Source: Phenylobacterium sp. (GTDB lineage: Bacteria > Pseudomonadota > Alphaproteobacteria > Caulobacterales > Caulobacteraceae). From it: a stretch of 64,000 bases of DNA. The stretch spans positions 1,885-65,884 of the forward strand of contig NZ_JAUSLW010000111.1 of the NCBI RefSeq assembly GCF_030645195.1, in the 5' to 3' direction. Below, one piece after another: positions 63,213 through 64,000 of this stretch. The translations under genes and the position numbers were made by a program. Position 1 is the stretch's first letter. Every line of letters begins with the position of its first letter. Below the pieces are notes generated by a model. It was given only the letters and a program-made list of their open reading frames with translations, did not search any database and had not been told where the DNA came from.

Positions 63213-63329
63213 TTAGAGCACGTCAGGCGGAAGTGGATGCCGGTTCCGCCGCCCGACGTGCTCTAATATTTTGAATTTAGACCCTTCTTGCCGTTTCAGA
63301 TGAGTCCATCTGAAACGGTCAGGGTCTAG
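63213..63329 (+). repeat. CIR-like repeat (117 bp)
   Basis: Inverted relative to the 61556 copy; GAGTC in the second hairpin loop. Confidence 0.92.
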
Positions 63330-64000
63330 AGAACCCCCAGCATCTCGGCCACCAGCGGGTGGCGGACGATGTCGCGGTCCTTCAGCCGGACCACGGCGAT
63401 GTTGGCGACCGCCTCAAGCTTCTCAGCCACCGGGCCCAGGCCCGAAAGCTCGGGCAGCAGGTCGGACTGGTTGGGATCGCCGGTGACCACCATGGTGGAG
63501 TGCCAGCCCAGGCGGGTCAGCAGCATCTTGAGCTGGCCGTAGGTGCAGTTCTGCGCCTCGTCGATCACCACGAAGGCGTTGTTCAAGGTGCGGCCACGCA
63601 TGAAGCCAACCGGGGCGATCTCGATGGCGCCCTCGGTCATCAGGGCCCGGACCCGCTTCATGGAGAGACGGTCGGACAGGGCGTCGTAGAGGGGGCGAAG
63701 ATAGGGGGCGAGCTTGTCCTCCATCTCGCCGGGCAGGAAGCCGAGGGATTCGCCGGCCTCGACGGCGGGACGGGAGAGAACGATGCGCCCCACCTTGCCG
63801 GCCTCCAGGGCCTCCACCGCCTTGGCGATGGCCAGATAGGTCTTGCCGGTGCCGGCCGGGCCGAGCGCCATGACCAGGTTCTTGGCGTCGATGGCCGCGA
63901 TCAGCTCGTCCTGGCCCGGGGATTTGGATTTGATGGTCTTGAGATACCCCTGCTCGCGATCATCATTGTGATGGGCCAAGGGCGACCAAGCCCGTTCCAA
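63326..64000 (-). CDS. phoH: PhoH family ATPase, 5' end beyond the window
   Basis: [42 protein letters not shown]. Confidence 0.93.
   Translation of the reverse strand: MERAWSPLAHHNDDREQGYLKTIKSKSPGQDELIAAIDAKNLVMALGPAGTGKTYLAIAKAVEALEAGKVGRIVLSRPAVEAGESLGFLPGEMEDKLAPYLRPLYDALSDRLSMKRVRALMTEGAIEIAPVGFMRGRTLNNAFVVIDEAQNCTYGQLKMLLTRLGWHSTMVVTGDPNQSDLLPELSGLGPVAEKLEAVANIAVVRLKDRDIVRHPLVAEMLGVL

Noticed and set aside
48901-63329. Repeated palindromes as a CRISPR array or IS ends
   Set aside because: They are dispersed, about 117 bp long, with no regular spacers, cas genes or transposase.

Overview
64 kb of very GC-rich chromosome from an alphaproteobacterium, most likely Caulobacteraceae (Phenylobacterium-like). 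This is inferred from gene content: TonB receptors, the queF/cysE/DUF3126/phoH block and CIR-type intergenic repeats. Left to right it holds the 3' part of a divergent Tad/Flp pilus locus with a secreted poly-lysine peptide gene, a TonB receptor, a DUF1778/GNAT toxin-antitoxin pair, GTP-type PEPCK, and two paralogous secreted hydrolases divergent from a TetR-class repressor. Next come metY, gntK, a BA14K protein, a TonB-MFS-esterase-CoA ligase-TetR catabolic unit, and a BON-acsA-E1(alpha/beta fused)-E2-ACP operon headed by a FixK/FNR-type box. A non-AHL LuxR solo follows, whose two putative target promoters share a CT-N12-AG box; its targets are an acyl-CoA dehydrogenase, a TonB receptor and an acyl-CoA ligase. 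The rest is a 1.8 kb integrase-less hipBA islet inserted into the duplicated 3' end of a merR gene, a globin-coupled chemoreceptor/response regulator/nitrobindin trio, nucleotide-sugar genes, tesA-ybbAP, core genes, and four CIR-like palindromic repeats sitting at CTAG stop codons. No rRNA, tRNA, CRISPR array or transposase was seen. All product calls come from reading motifs by eye; no database search was run.
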